A DNA stretch of 64,000 bases from NCBI GenBank assembly GCA_029248105.1, contig JAQWJZ010000038.1, positions 11,265 through 75,264 on the forward strand, given 5' to 3'. The notes under the pieces are model-generated. The model was given only the letters and a program-made list of their open reading frames with translations, made no database searches and was not told the origin of the DNA. The stretch comes from Flavobacteriales bacterium. Lineage in GTDB: Bacteria > Bacteroidota > Bacteroidia > Flavobacteriales > UBA7312. This document shows positions 19,561 through 28,236 of the stretch, piece by piece (the stretch's first letter is position 1; each line of letters starts with the position of its first letter). Both the position numbers and the translations under genes were made by a program.

Positions 19561-19597
19561 TTTTTTTATTATCTTTATTGAATAATACCTTTTCAAT

Positions 19598-20251
19598 ATG
19601 AGATTCTTCATCGACACAGCAAATTTAAACGACATCAGAGAAGCGCAATCACTAGGTATTCTAGATGGTGTGACTACAAACCCTAGTCTAATGGCTAGAG
19701 AGGGCATAAAAGGAAAGAACAATATTCTTCAACATTACAAAACCATCTGTCAAATTGTGGATGGAGATGTCAGTGCAGAGGTTATTTCTACAGATTTTGA
19801 AGGTATGGTAAAAGAAGGTCAAGAGTTAGCTCTTCTAGATCCTCAAATAGTTGTTAAAATACCAATGATTGAAAATGGCGTGAAAGCTATTCGTTATTTT
19901 AGTGACAAAGGAATAAAAACCAATTGTACACTAGTTTTTTCTGTTGGTCAAGCACTGATTGCCGCTCAAGCAGGTGCTACTTATGTGTCACCATTTATTG
20001 GCAGACTTGATGATAATGGAGAGGATGGAATACAAATAGTGAGTAACATTGTAAATATGTTTGAACGACAAAATTATTCAACTAAGGTATTAGCCGCATC
20101 AATAAGAAACAAACAACACATTGAAGAATGTGCAAAGATTGGTACTCACGTAGTGACTGCCCCCCTTTCGGCAATCAAAGGCTTAATACCTCATGAATTA
20201 ACTGCTATAGGCTTAAAGAAGTTTTTAGACGATTATGCCAATAATCAATAA
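19598..20251 (+). CDS. fsa: Fructose-6-phosphate aldolase / transaldolase (TalC-Fsa subfamily)
   Basis: 'MRFFIDTANLNDI...GVTTNPSL', 'VKIP', 'TNCTLVFS', 'YVSPFIGR'. Confidence 0.85.
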   Translation: MRFFIDTANLNDIREAQSLGILDGVTTNPSLMAREGIKGKNNILQHYKTICQIVDGDVSAEVISTDFEGMVKEGQELALLDPQIVVKIPMIENGVKAIRYFSDKGIKTNCTLVFSVGQALIAAQAGATYVSPFIGRLDDNGEDGIQIVSNIVNMFERQNYSTKVLAASIRNKQHIEECAKIGTHVVTAPLSAIKGLIPHELTAIGLKKFLDDYANNQ

Positions 20252-20253
20252 AG

Positions 20254-20874
20254 ATGCTCATACAAATACATCCAGACAACCCAAATCCTAGAGGAATTTC
20301 TCAAGTTATAGAATGTCTTAAAGACGGTGGTATTATTATTTATCCTACGGATACAATTTATGGAATAGGTTGTGATATATTTCAGCAAAAAGCTGTTGAA
20401 CGAATCGCAAAAATCAAAAATGTAGATTTAAAAAAACAAAACTTCTCATTTATATGTTCGGATTTAAGTCAATTATCTGATTATACACTACCTATCAGTA
20501 GAAATGTATATAAAAGTATGAAAAGGGTTTTGCCAGGTCCTTACACCTTTATTCTAAAAGCTAATGGTAGTATTCCAAAACTATTTAAAACTAAAAAGAA
20601 AACCGTTGGTATTAGAATACCAAATCACAACATACCACAAATTCTGGTCAATGAAATTGGAAATCCTATTTTATCTACTTCCGTTCACGATGAAGACACT
20701 ATAATGGAGTACAGTACAGATCCAGAGTTAATACACGAACGCTATAGCAATAAAGTAGATATTGTCATCGATGCGGGAATAGGTTCATTAATCCCATCTA
20801 CAGTCGTTGATTATTCTAAGGGTGTAATTGATATTATTAGAGTGGGTTTAGGAAAGACTGAGGACCTACTTTAA
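20254..20874 (+). CDS. yciO: YciO-type Sua5/YrdC/YciO family protein
   Basis: 206 aa. 'IHPDNPNPR...GGIIIYPTDTIYGIGCD...KKKTVGIRIPNH...STS' is collinear with E. coli YciO, which has the same length and starts '..IHPDNPQ..'. Confidence 0.75.
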   Translation: MLIQIHPDNPNPRGISQVIECLKDGGIIIYPTDTIYGIGCDIFQQKAVERIAKIKNVDLKKQNFSFICSDLSQLSDYTLPISRNVYKSMKRVLPGPYTFILKANGSIPKLFKTKKKTVGIRIPNHNIPQILVNEIGNPILSTSVHDEDTIMEYSTDPELIHERYSNKVDIVIDAGIGSLIPSTVVDYSKGVIDIIRVGLGKTEDLL

Positions 20875-21441
20875 AGCGTCATGAATTCTTAACACCTGAG
20901 GTATAACTAAGCAAGAATTATCGTTTACGATTATAAAATCTGACATGGAAATCTTCTTCTCTTCTTGCCATTGATTACTCATTCTTTGTTTTATCTGCTC
21001 TTTTGATACACTGTCCCTTTTTAACAAGCGTTCTACCCTAATATCCTCAGGACAACTTACACAGATTATTGCATCTAAAGATTGATGTGTATTGCTTTCA
21101 AACAATATAGCAGCTTCTTTTATTATATAAGGACTTATTTGTTCATCTGACCATTTTTCAAAAGCATTTTGAACAACAGGATGTACTAGTGCGTTTAGCT
21201 TTTTCAAAATTAAATCGTTGTTAAAAGCTAAGTCTGCTAAATATTTACGGTTCAATTGGTTGTCGATAAACACTTCTTTGCCAAATTCAGATATTAAATT
21301 ATCTTTTAATACTGAATCCGTAGTCATCAGTCTTTTAGCCTCCACATCAGCATTAAAAACAGCTATACCAAGAACTTCAAATAGTCTTGCAATTGTAGTC
21401 TTACCACTGCCAATATTTCCTGTTAAGCCTACCTTTTTCAT
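20866..21441 (-). CDS. coaE: Dephospho-CoA kinase
   Basis: 'VGLTGNIGSGKTT' P-loop and 'LVHPVV'. The 3' end overlaps the yciO 3' end by 9 nt. Confidence 0.85.
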   Translation of the reverse strand: MKKVGLTGNIGSGKTTIARLFEVLGIAVFNADVEAKRLMTTDSVLKDNLISEFGKEVFIDNQLNRKYLADLAFNNDLILKKLNALVHPVVQNAFEKWSDEQISPYIIKEAAILFESNTHQSLDAIICVSCPEDIRVERLLKRDSVSKEQIKQRMSNQWQEEKKISMSDFIIVNDNSCLVIPQVLRIHDALK

Positions 21442-21442
21442 A

Positions 21443-22426
21443 TTATTTCTTAATTAGAAAATATTCAACCTTAGATGGTGATATACGAACATTCTCTACA
21501 AAATCAGCTTGACTGACTAATTCAATAGGTAGCCTTTTATATTCTCCATCAAAATTAACATTAGTAGCAAACATATTTGTTTTTACTAACTCAAATTGAT
21601 CTAATGAAACTAAATAGTTAACAGTTACCTCATCAGGAAATAACTTGATTTCATACCCTTTTGGCACATTATTAACTGAAAGAGGTAGCTTTAATTCCCC
21701 CTCTGTAAACTGTTCCACTTTAATATCCCAATTTACTGAATTTAGAGAATAATTAATTTCTGAGTGATTGAGAGGTTCTATTTCTATTTTGCCTGAATAA
21801 TCAGAATCTATATCATTTATTTTAAGCGTTTTAGTTCCAATAGCATCGAATACCTCAACAACAGCCTTAGGACCAGAAATAACAATAGTTTGAGGGTCTA
21901 AAGTGATAGACTCTTTCAATCGAAATAAATCTTTAAAAGACAACTCTGATTTAATTTGTACGGGTATAACCCGTTCGGCTTTCTCATCTAGCATTAAATC
22001 AATTCTATTAGGCTGTACGTGAAGTAATTGCATATTTGTCGGCAATACTTCTTGAAGTTGTGAAATTGATTGTTTACCTAACCAATAATAATTCCATTTT
22101 TCACCAATCTTTTTGGGAATAAAAGTAGAAACAGACAATGGCAAATCATTTCTAAAACTTAATCGATGAGCAAGAATAGTAAATCCAGGAGCAATGACTT
22201 GAAGATGAAGGTCAACTTCTTTATTTTCAATAACTAATTTATCATCAGGTAAGTCAACAAAAACAGCCTCATAATGTACTGTTGTAGTATAATCTTTTGA
22301 CAGAACAGTAAGCACCCAAAATAGTGTAGATAGTGCTAATAGAAATAAGAAAATAGGCAGTTGCTTTCTCTCAATTCTTAACACAACAATTAGTTTATTG
22401 AATAGAAGTGTAAGTTTGCTCAACAT
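21443..22426 (-). CDS. YbbR-like domain-containing protein
   Basis: N-terminal TM followed by three repeats of about 90 aa of beta-rich sequence, typical of YbbR-domain proteins. Weak motif support. Confidence 0.55.
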   Translation of the reverse strand: MLSKLTLLFNKLIVVLRIERKQLPIFLFLLALSTLFWVLTVLSKDYTTTVHYEAVFVDLPDDKLVIENKEVDLHLQVIAPGFTILAHRLSFRNDLPLSVSTFIPKKIGEKWNYYWLGKQSISQLQEVLPTNMQLLHVQPNRIDLMLDEKAERVIPVQIKSELSFKDLFRLKESITLDPQTIVISGPKAVVEVFDAIGTKTLKINDIDSDYSGKIEIEPLNHSEINYSLNSVNWDIKVEQFTEGELKLPLSVNNVPKGYEIKLFPDEVTVNYLVSLDQFELVKTNMFATNVNFDGEYKRLPIELVSQADFVENVRISPSKVEYFLIKK

Positions 22427-22446
22427 AAAAAAAGGGCCGAAGCCCT
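22427..22446 (-). terminator. Short GC hairpin (GGGC-UUCG-GCCC) plus U7 between yajC and the ybbR-like gene
   Basis: Minus strand reads 'agggcttcggcccttttttt' and is immediately followed by the ATG of the ybbR-like gene. Confidence 0.45.
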
Positions 22447-22454
22447 ATTAGAAA

Positions 22455-22754
22455 TTATTCTTTCACTGTTGATAATTCAGCAGATATACATGATTTATCA
22501 ATTTTTAAAACAATGTCTTTTGCGACATCAATTTTAACGATCTTATCAGCTACCTCAACCACCTTACCGTGTAAGCCTCCAGATGTTATCACCTTATCAC
22601 CTTTTTTAATTTCTTCTCTGAACTTACGTTCTTGTTTTTGCTTTTTCACTTGTGGTCTTATCATAAAAAACCAAAATACACCAAAAACTAAAACAAAGAA
22701 AATGAGTGGATTACCTCCAGCTTCGGCTTGTAAAAATATTGTAGTTAAATTCAT
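22455..22754 (-). CDS. yajC: Preprotein translocase subunit YajC
   Basis: Single TM, then 'MIRPQVKKQKQERKFREEIKKGDKVITSGGLHGKVVEV'. Confidence 0.85.
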   Translation of the reverse strand: MNLTTIFLQAEAGGNPLIFFVLVFGVFWFFMIRPQVKKQKQERKFREEIKKGDKVITSGGLHGKVVEVADKIVKIDVAKDIVLKIDKSCISAELSTVKE

Positions 22755-23246
22755 TTAATTAGATATTACTTCAGAGGTGATGTTTATCACTTTTCTGTTT
22801 GGGTTCGTATTTGCTGTTAAAGTTACAGCTTTCTTTTGTTTTCCACTTCTTCCTGAACTATTAAAAGTCACATCAATTGTACCTGATTCACCCGGAGCTA
22901 TAGGGTCTTTAGGCCAATTAGGAACTGTACAACCACAAGAACCTTTAGCACTAGAGATAATAAGAGGGGCATTACCAGAATTGGTGAATTTAAAAGAGTA
23001 GGATACTTTTTCTCCATCAATAAGTTGACCAAAGTCATGAAGTTCTTTTTCAAATTTAAAATCTGGCATAGGCGACTTACTATTTGAAGATTCAGCAGTA
23101 TTATCATTCATCACAAGGTTGGATGAAAGTGACGGCTTTATTTCTTCTTTCTTAACAGGAGGAGTTGAATTATCTCCCACTTCTTTTGCTACATCTCCAC
23201 AAGCAAAAAGCAAAACTGAAATTGATATTATAAAAATTCTGTACAT
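22755..23246 (-). CDS. DUF1573 domain-containing lipoprotein
   Basis: Signal 'VLLFACGD'. 'HDFGQL..GEKVSYSFKFTNSGNAPLIISSAKGSCGCTVPNWP' matches the DUF1573 pattern. Start set to ATG 23246 (MYRIF). Confidence 0.7.
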   Translation of the reverse strand: MYRIFIISISVLLFACGDVAKEVGDNSTPPVKKEEIKPSLSSNLVMNDNTAESSNSKSPMPDFKFEKELHDFGQLIDGEKVSYSFKFTNSGNAPLIISSAKGSCGCTVPNWPKDPIAPGESGTIDVTFNSSGRSGKQKKAVTLTANTNPNRKVINITSEVISN

Positions 23247-23270
23247 GTTAAAATTATAATTAGTTGGTAA

Positions 23271-23278
23271 CAAAAATA
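23271..23278 (-). promoter_or_regulatory. Candidate -7 box (TATTTTTG) for DUF1573-yajC
   Basis: Reverse complement of 'caaaaata'. The track's TTG 'start' at 23273 is the TTG of this box. The ATG lies 24 nt downstream. Confidence 0.4.
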
Positions 23279-23282
23279 GTAA

Positions 23283-24218
23283 TTATTCAATAAGGCCTCT
23301 ACCCATTTTTTTAATAGCGCCTTCCCTTTTCAATTCTATTAACAAACTATCTAGTATTCCATTGACAAAATTCTTGCTATTGGGAGTACTATAATATTTT
23401 GCTAATTCAATGTATTCATTGATAGTAACTTTTACAGGAACACTAGGCATTTTTAATAATTCAGCTAATGCCATCTGCATCAAAATCAAATCCATCTGAG
23501 CAACCCTTTCTAAATCCCAATTTTTGGTTTTTGAAGAAATTAGTTCAGAAAAGTCTTCAGCATGTATAATGGATTGACGTAAAAGATTAAGTGCAAAATC
23601 TTTCTCGTCAGTATCTTTAAATAATTCGAACAGTTCTATTTTATTTGATGTAGAATCCTTTATAGTCTTTATTACCATACTACAGATAAATGGAAAGTCA
23701 TCATCCCAAAAAATATCTTGTTCACTAAGGAAGTCTTGAAAGACTTCAATTTCTATAAGTTCTTTACTAAAAAGCTTAACAATAAATTTCTTATCTGAAT
23801 CAAAGTCAACCGTTTTTCCATTCATGTATTCTTTATACAATTCTGATTCTGTCATTTTAAAATAAATCGACTTGACCATATTCTGCTGATCTGCAAAAGA
23901 TAATTTAGATTGTCCCGCTTTGCTTATTAAAGCTGAATCGTCTCTAAGCTTTTGAAGAAATAAATTATTGATGAACTTTGTATTGGGGTTCAAATCATTG
24001 TCCGAGGGCAATTGTTTATTCTTTGAACTTTCTGAATAGTTTTCTGCAAAGTCTCTTACTTCTAGGATATACATCAAAAGAAGTAAATAAAGTTCTTCTA
24101 CTTTTTTTAGAGACTTTAAAAATTGTTTTTCTAGAATAACGATATCGCTATCGTTTGATTTTTTCCAAGAATAAACAAACTGTAAAACACGAATTCTTAA
24201 ATGACGTCGATTAAGCAT
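23283..24218 (-). CDS. nusB: Transcription antitermination factor NusB (long Bacteroidota form)
   Basis: 'MLNRRHLRIRVLQFVYSW' N-terminus and C-terminal NusB fold block '...INEYIELAKYYSTPNSKNFVNGILD'. Confidence 0.75.
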   Translation of the reverse strand: MLNRRHLRIRVLQFVYSWKKSNDSDIVILEKQFLKSLKKVEELYLLLLMYILEVRDFAENYSESSKNKQLPSDNDLNPNTKFINNLFLQKLRDDSALISKAGQSKLSFADQQNMVKSIYFKMTESELYKEYMNGKTVDFDSDKKFIVKLFSKELIEIEVFQDFLSEQDIFWDDDFPFICSMVIKTIKDSTSNKIELFELFKDTDEKDFALNLLRQSIIHAEDFSELISSKTKNWDLERVAQMDLILMQMALAELLKMPSVPVKVTINEYIELAKYYSTPNSKNFVNGILDSLLIELKREGAIKKMGRGLIE

Positions 24219-24239
24219 AGACTATTTTTATTAACCTCT

Positions 24240-25328
24240 CTAATTTTTGGCTTGGGCAATTCTTTCCATTGCTAATCTGAGTGCTGCCTGATGTGTTGTT
24301 ATTTTTTCATCGTCTGATTTAGCAAAAATCTCAAGTGTAGTATTATATATTTTGCGAGTCTGAGCTATTGCTTTCTCTCTATCATAGCCATTAATCTCAG
24401 AATATACGTTAATTAAACCACCCGCATTAATCAAAAAATCAGGAGCATATAAGATGCCCTTTTCTTGAAGTTTTTTAGCATGCTTATCTTCATCTTGAAG
24501 TTGATTGTTAGCAGCACCAGCAATAATTTCACATTTAAACATATCAATAGTAACATCATTGATTGTAGCACCTAAAGCACAAGGGGAATAAATATCTACA
24601 TCTAAATCATATATCAATTCGCCTTCTACTATTTGAGTATTGTAAAGTTCGGAAACACGCTGTAAGTTTTCTTTATTGATGTCATTAATAAATACCTCAG
24701 CACCATCTTCACTTAAGTGTTTAACAAGGTTCTCTCCTACATGACCTACACCCTGAACCAATATTTTTTTAGAACTTAAATCGTCAGAACTCCATTTGTA
24801 GTTTGCTGCAGCTTTCATTCCCATATAAACACCAAATGCAGTTACTGGAGAAGGGTCTCCACCGCCACCCATTTCTACTGGAATTCCTGTAACAAAATCC
24901 GTTTCTTTTTTAACATGAACCATATCAGAGGCACTCATTCCAACGTCTTCAGCAGTAATGTATTTACCTCCCAAGCTATTAACATACTCACCAAACTTAC
25001 GCATTAAAGCTTCCGTTTTTTGAGTAGAAGAATCTCCAATAATTACAGCTTTTCCTCCGCCCAAAGACAGACCTGTAATAGCCGCTTTAAATGTCATGCC
25101 TCGAGAGAGTCTTAAGACATCAATAATAGCATCGTTATCACAATTATAATTCCACATCCTAGTGCCCCCTAAGGCTGGACCTAAAGAAGTATCATGAATA
25201 GCAATTATCGCTTTCAAACCAGTTTCTTTATCGTTACAAAATACCAATTGCTCATGATTCATTTGACTCATCTTTTCAATTACTTGAAAATCTTCACCAG
25301 AATCTTTAACATTCTTTACTTCCAACAT
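24240..25328 (-). CDS. Leu/Phe/Val dehydrogenase family (leucine dehydrogenase-like)
   Basis: 'GLKAIIAIHDTSLGPALGGTRMW', 'GLSLGGGKAVIIGD', 'VQGVGHVGENL' Rossmann motif. Confidence 0.8.
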   Translation of the reverse strand: MLEVKNVKDSGEDFQVIEKMSQMNHEQLVFCNDKETGLKAIIAIHDTSLGPALGGTRMWNYNCDNDAIIDVLRLSRGMTFKAAITGLSLGGGKAVIIGDSSTQKTEALMRKFGEYVNSLGGKYITAEDVGMSASDMVHVKKETDFVTGIPVEMGGGGDPSPVTAFGVYMGMKAAANYKWSSDDLSSKKILVQGVGHVGENLVKHLSEDGAEVFINDINKENLQRVSELYNTQIVEGELIYDLDVDIYSPCALGATINDVTIDMFKCEIIAGAANNQLQDEDKHAKKLQEKGILYAPDFLINAGGLINVYSEINGYDREKAIAQTRKIYNTTLEIFAKSDDEKITTHQAALRLAMERIAQAKN

Positions 25329-25464
25329 AGAGTTTGATTTTAATTAATTTAAAACAGAAAGTTAATTAACTTTGCTCCCTCTTTATTATTATTCTAAAAA
25401 GATAAATTTTGAGTTGGCAAAACTACAATTTTATTTGTGTATTTGAATTAACAAGTTCAATTTT

Positions 25465-27222
25465 ATGAAAGAGCTTAAATATCTATTCAAGTTTTATAAA
25501 AAATACCGATGGCGTTTTGCTCTCGGCACTTTTTTTGTTGTAACCTCCAATATATTTGCACTTTATCCAGCCATCTATACCAGAAAAGCTTTTGACGCTG
25601 CCAAGGAAGCAATAGAATCATCACAAACAAGTAATTATGATTTTTCAGAACTGACTTCTACCTTACTGTATTTTGGAATGATGCTTATTTTGTTTGCCTT
25701 ACTGAAGGGGGTTTTTATGTTTTTTATGAGACAAACTATAATCGTCATGTCACGATTAATTGAATTTGATATCAAAAATGAAATATTCAAACATTACCAA
25801 AACCTAGATAGAGCTTTTTACAAAAGAAATAATACAGGTGACATGATGGCAAGAATAAGTGAAGATGTCACTAAAGTTAGAATGTTTTTAGGTCCAGCTA
25901 CAATGTATCCTATTAATATGATTTCGCTTTTTCTATTTGTTATGTATAATATGTTCAGCATAAATGTAAAGCTCAGCCTATTTGTACTTGCCCCTCTGCC
26001 ATTAATGTCAATTACAATATTTTTTATTAGTAAAGTCATACACGCTAAAAGCGAGAAAGTCCAAACCCAGCTATCAACACTATCGACGCTTACTCAAGAG
26101 TCTTTTTCTGGCATAAGAATTTTGAAATCATTTGTAAATGAAAAAACAAACTTCAATATTTTCAAGACAGAAACAAACGAATACCTCAAGCGTAATGTAT
26201 CTCTAGCAAAAACAAACGCTGCCTTTTTTCCTTTCATGCTCTTACTGATAGGATTAAGCACTTTACTTACTATATACATCGGAGGAAAAGAGTCAATAGC
26301 AGGTAATATCTCTACAGGTAATATTGCTGAATTTATTATTTATGTTAATATGCTGACTTGGCCTATGGCTTCAATAGGATGGGTGACCTCCATAATACAA
26401 AGAGCGGCAGCCTCTCAAAAAAGGATTAATGAATTCTTAAACACTAAAGCTAATATTAATTCAACAGATGGTAATACTCATGAAATTCAAGGAAGAATAT
26501 CTTTTAAAAATATAAGCTTTGAATACCCCGATAGCGAAATAAAAGCTCTGAATAACATTTCATTTGACATAGATAAAGGTGAATCAATAGCTATAGTAGG
26601 AAGAACAGGCTCTGGAAAATCCACCATTATCAATCTCATAAGTCGCATGTATAAGCCTACTTCTGGAAGAATAGAAATAGACGGTATTCCAATAGAAAAA
26701 ATAAACCTCAAGAGCTTACGCTCTGGAATTAGCCTTGTTCCTCAAGAAGCTTTATTATTTTCTGATACTATTTCTAACAATATTGCTTTTGGCTCAAAAG
26801 AAGAACTTACTCAACAAACAATCGAAGCTGTGGCAGAAAAAGCGGCTATACATGATAACATTAAAGGCTTTCCTAAAGGTTATCAAACAATAGTTGGAGA
26901 AAGAGGTGTTACCCTTTCTGGAGGACAAAAGCAACGCATCTCTATTGCAAGAGCTTTAATTAGACCTTCAAGTATACTTATCTTTGACGATTGTTTATCA
27001 GCAGTAGATAACGAAACAGAAGAAAAAATACTCGCTTCAATTAAAAAAGAAGGTGTGAAAAAAACGACCATTACTATTAGTCATAGAATATCGTCTATAC
27101 AACATGTTGACAAAATAATAGTTCTTAATAACGGTCAAATTGCCGAAATGGGAACTCATAAAAACCTTTTTGAAAAAAGAGGCATCTATTTCGAAATGTA
27201 CCAGCAACAACTTTCAAAGTAA
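25465..27222 (+). CDS. ABC transporter, fused permease/ATPase (MsbA-like exporter)
   Basis: Six N-terminal TM. Walker A 'GRTGSGKST', signature 'LSGGQKQRISIARA', Walker B 'ILIFDD'. Confidence 0.85.
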   Translation: MKELKYLFKFYKKYRWRFALGTFFVVTSNIFALYPAIYTRKAFDAAKEAIESSQTSNYDFSELTSTLLYFGMMLILFALLKGVFMFFMRQTIIVMSRLIEFDIKNEIFKHYQNLDRAFYKRNNTGDMMARISEDVTKVRMFLGPATMYPINMISLFLFVMYNMFSINVKLSLFVLAPLPLMSITIFFISKVIHAKSEKVQTQLSTLSTLTQESFSGIRILKSFVNEKTNFNIFKTETNEYLKRNVSLAKTNAAFFPFMLLLIGLSTLLTIYIGGKESIAGNISTGNIAEFIIYVNMLTWPMASIGWVTSIIQRAAASQKRINEFLNTKANINSTDGNTHEIQGRISFKNISFEYPDSEIKALNNISFDIDKGESIAIVGRTGSGKSTIINLISRMYKPTSGRIEIDGIPIEKINLKSLRSGISLVPQEALLFSDTISNNIAFGSKEELTQQTIEAVAEKAAIHDNIKGFPKGYQTIVGERGVTLSGGQKQRISIARALIRPSSILIFDDCLSAVDNETEEKILASIKKEGVKKTTITISHRISSIQHVDKIIVLNNGQIAEMGTHKNLFEKRGIYFEMYQQQLSK

Positions 27223-27252
27223 ATATAAATTTGTCCATTCCAATTAATTTCA

Positions 27253-27260
27253 TAGATTTG
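27253..27260 (+). promoter_or_regulatory. Candidate -7 box (TAGATTTG) for the PUR-like gene
   Basis: TAnnTTTG 21 nt upstream of the ATG at 27282. A second match (TAAATTTG) lies at 27226-27233. Confidence 0.35.
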
Positions 27261-27281
27261 ATAGATAAATCATGAAAAATT

Positions 27282-27614
27282 ATGGAAGACTACAAAGACC
27301 AAGAAGAAATTTTCTCAAATAAAGTAAGAGCAGGTAAAAGAACTTACTTTTTTGACGTTCGCGCGACTAGAGCAGACGACTACTATCTCACAATTACCGA
27401 AAGCAAAAAAATATTTAATGATGATGGCAGCCATCATTTCAAAAAACACAAAATATTTCTTTACAAAGAAGATTTTGAAAAGTTTAAAGATGCACTCTCA
27501 GAAAGTGTAGACTTTATTTTCAAAAACAAGGGCGAGGAAATTATTTCAAACCCAAAGAAAGATTCAGACGAAGACAACAAAAATTTTACTGATGTTAACT
27601 TTGATGATATTTAG
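27282..27614 (+). CDS. DUF3276 / PUR-alpha-like nucleic-acid-binding protein
   Basis: 'VRAGKRTYFFDVRATRADDYYLTITESKK...HKIFLYKEDFEKF' resembles the PUR repeat seen in bacterial DUF3276 proteins. Confidence 0.6.
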   Translation: MEDYKDQEEIFSNKVRAGKRTYFFDVRATRADDYYLTITESKKIFNDDGSHHFKKHKIFLYKEDFEKFKDALSESVDFIFKNKGEEIISNPKKDSDEDNKNFTDVNFDDI

Positions 27615-27616
27615 AT

Positions 27617-28039
27617 CTACATTGTAAATCCAAATAGAATTAGCGTTAAAACTGTAAGTATGAAATAACTTACCAAAGATTGTGCTCCAGCATAATCTTT
27701 GGCTATTCTTTGACCTAGGAACAACATTATGAGAGCTATTGAAGCTAGCATAGTACCTAGCAAAGCGAAAGTTGAACTACCGTCTTTAATTAGAAATATA
27801 ACACCTATCAAATTCAGCACTCCCGACAAAAGTTCAACAACAGTAACTGTAAACAATAAAACAGGTACTGAATTTTTAAATGGAGAATTAGAAAAATGAG
27901 AGCTTAACCATTCCAAATTTCCTTTTTTATCTACGACCTTATCAATACCAGACTGTAAAAACAAAATCGTTAAAAATAATACTGATAAAATCTGAACAAT
28001 TAAGAATACTGATTCTGATGAATTTATAATAAATGACAT
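27617..28039 (-). CDS. Small 4-TM membrane protein, DoxX-like
   Basis: 140 aa, four hydrophobic helices, 'FLQSGIDKV'. Family assignment is tentative. Confidence 0.45.
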   Translation of the reverse strand: MSFIINSSESVFLIVQILSVLFLTILFLQSGIDKVVDKKGNLEWLSSHFSNSPFKNSVPVLLFTVTVVELLSGVLNLIGVIFLIKDGSSTFALLGTMLASIALIMLFLGQRIAKDYAGAQSLVSYFILTVLTLILFGFTM

Positions 28040-28132
28040 ATTTAAATAGGTTTAAATTAAAGCTATTAACATTTTGCGCTAAATGTTAAAAAAAACACGT
28101 TTTTTTCTTCTTAGGCAGTCAATTAATTAGGT

Positions 28133-28140
28133 TATTTTTG
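28133..28140 (+). promoter_or_regulatory. Candidate -7 box (TATTTTTG) upstream of parA
   Basis: TAnnTTTG match about 95 nt upstream of the ATG at 28237. Confidence 0.3.
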
Positions 28141-28236
28141 AATCGTAAATATAGCCAAATAAGTTAGTATAAACGACCTTATCTGACGAACCCTTAAAAC
28201 CAAATAAATTTTACACTTCAATATAAAACTAACAAA

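Noticed and set aside
19474-19722. 82-aa minus-strand ORF in the DUF4199/fsa intergenic region
   Set aside because: It lies antisense across the SRP RNA gene and the 5' end of fsa. It has no start context or family resemblance and is explained by the ncRNA.
28040-28236. Possible oriC next to parAB
   Set aside because: The region is only 197 bp. I saw no cluster of DnaA-box-like 9-mers (TTATCCACA and variants), and dnaA/dnaN are not in the window.
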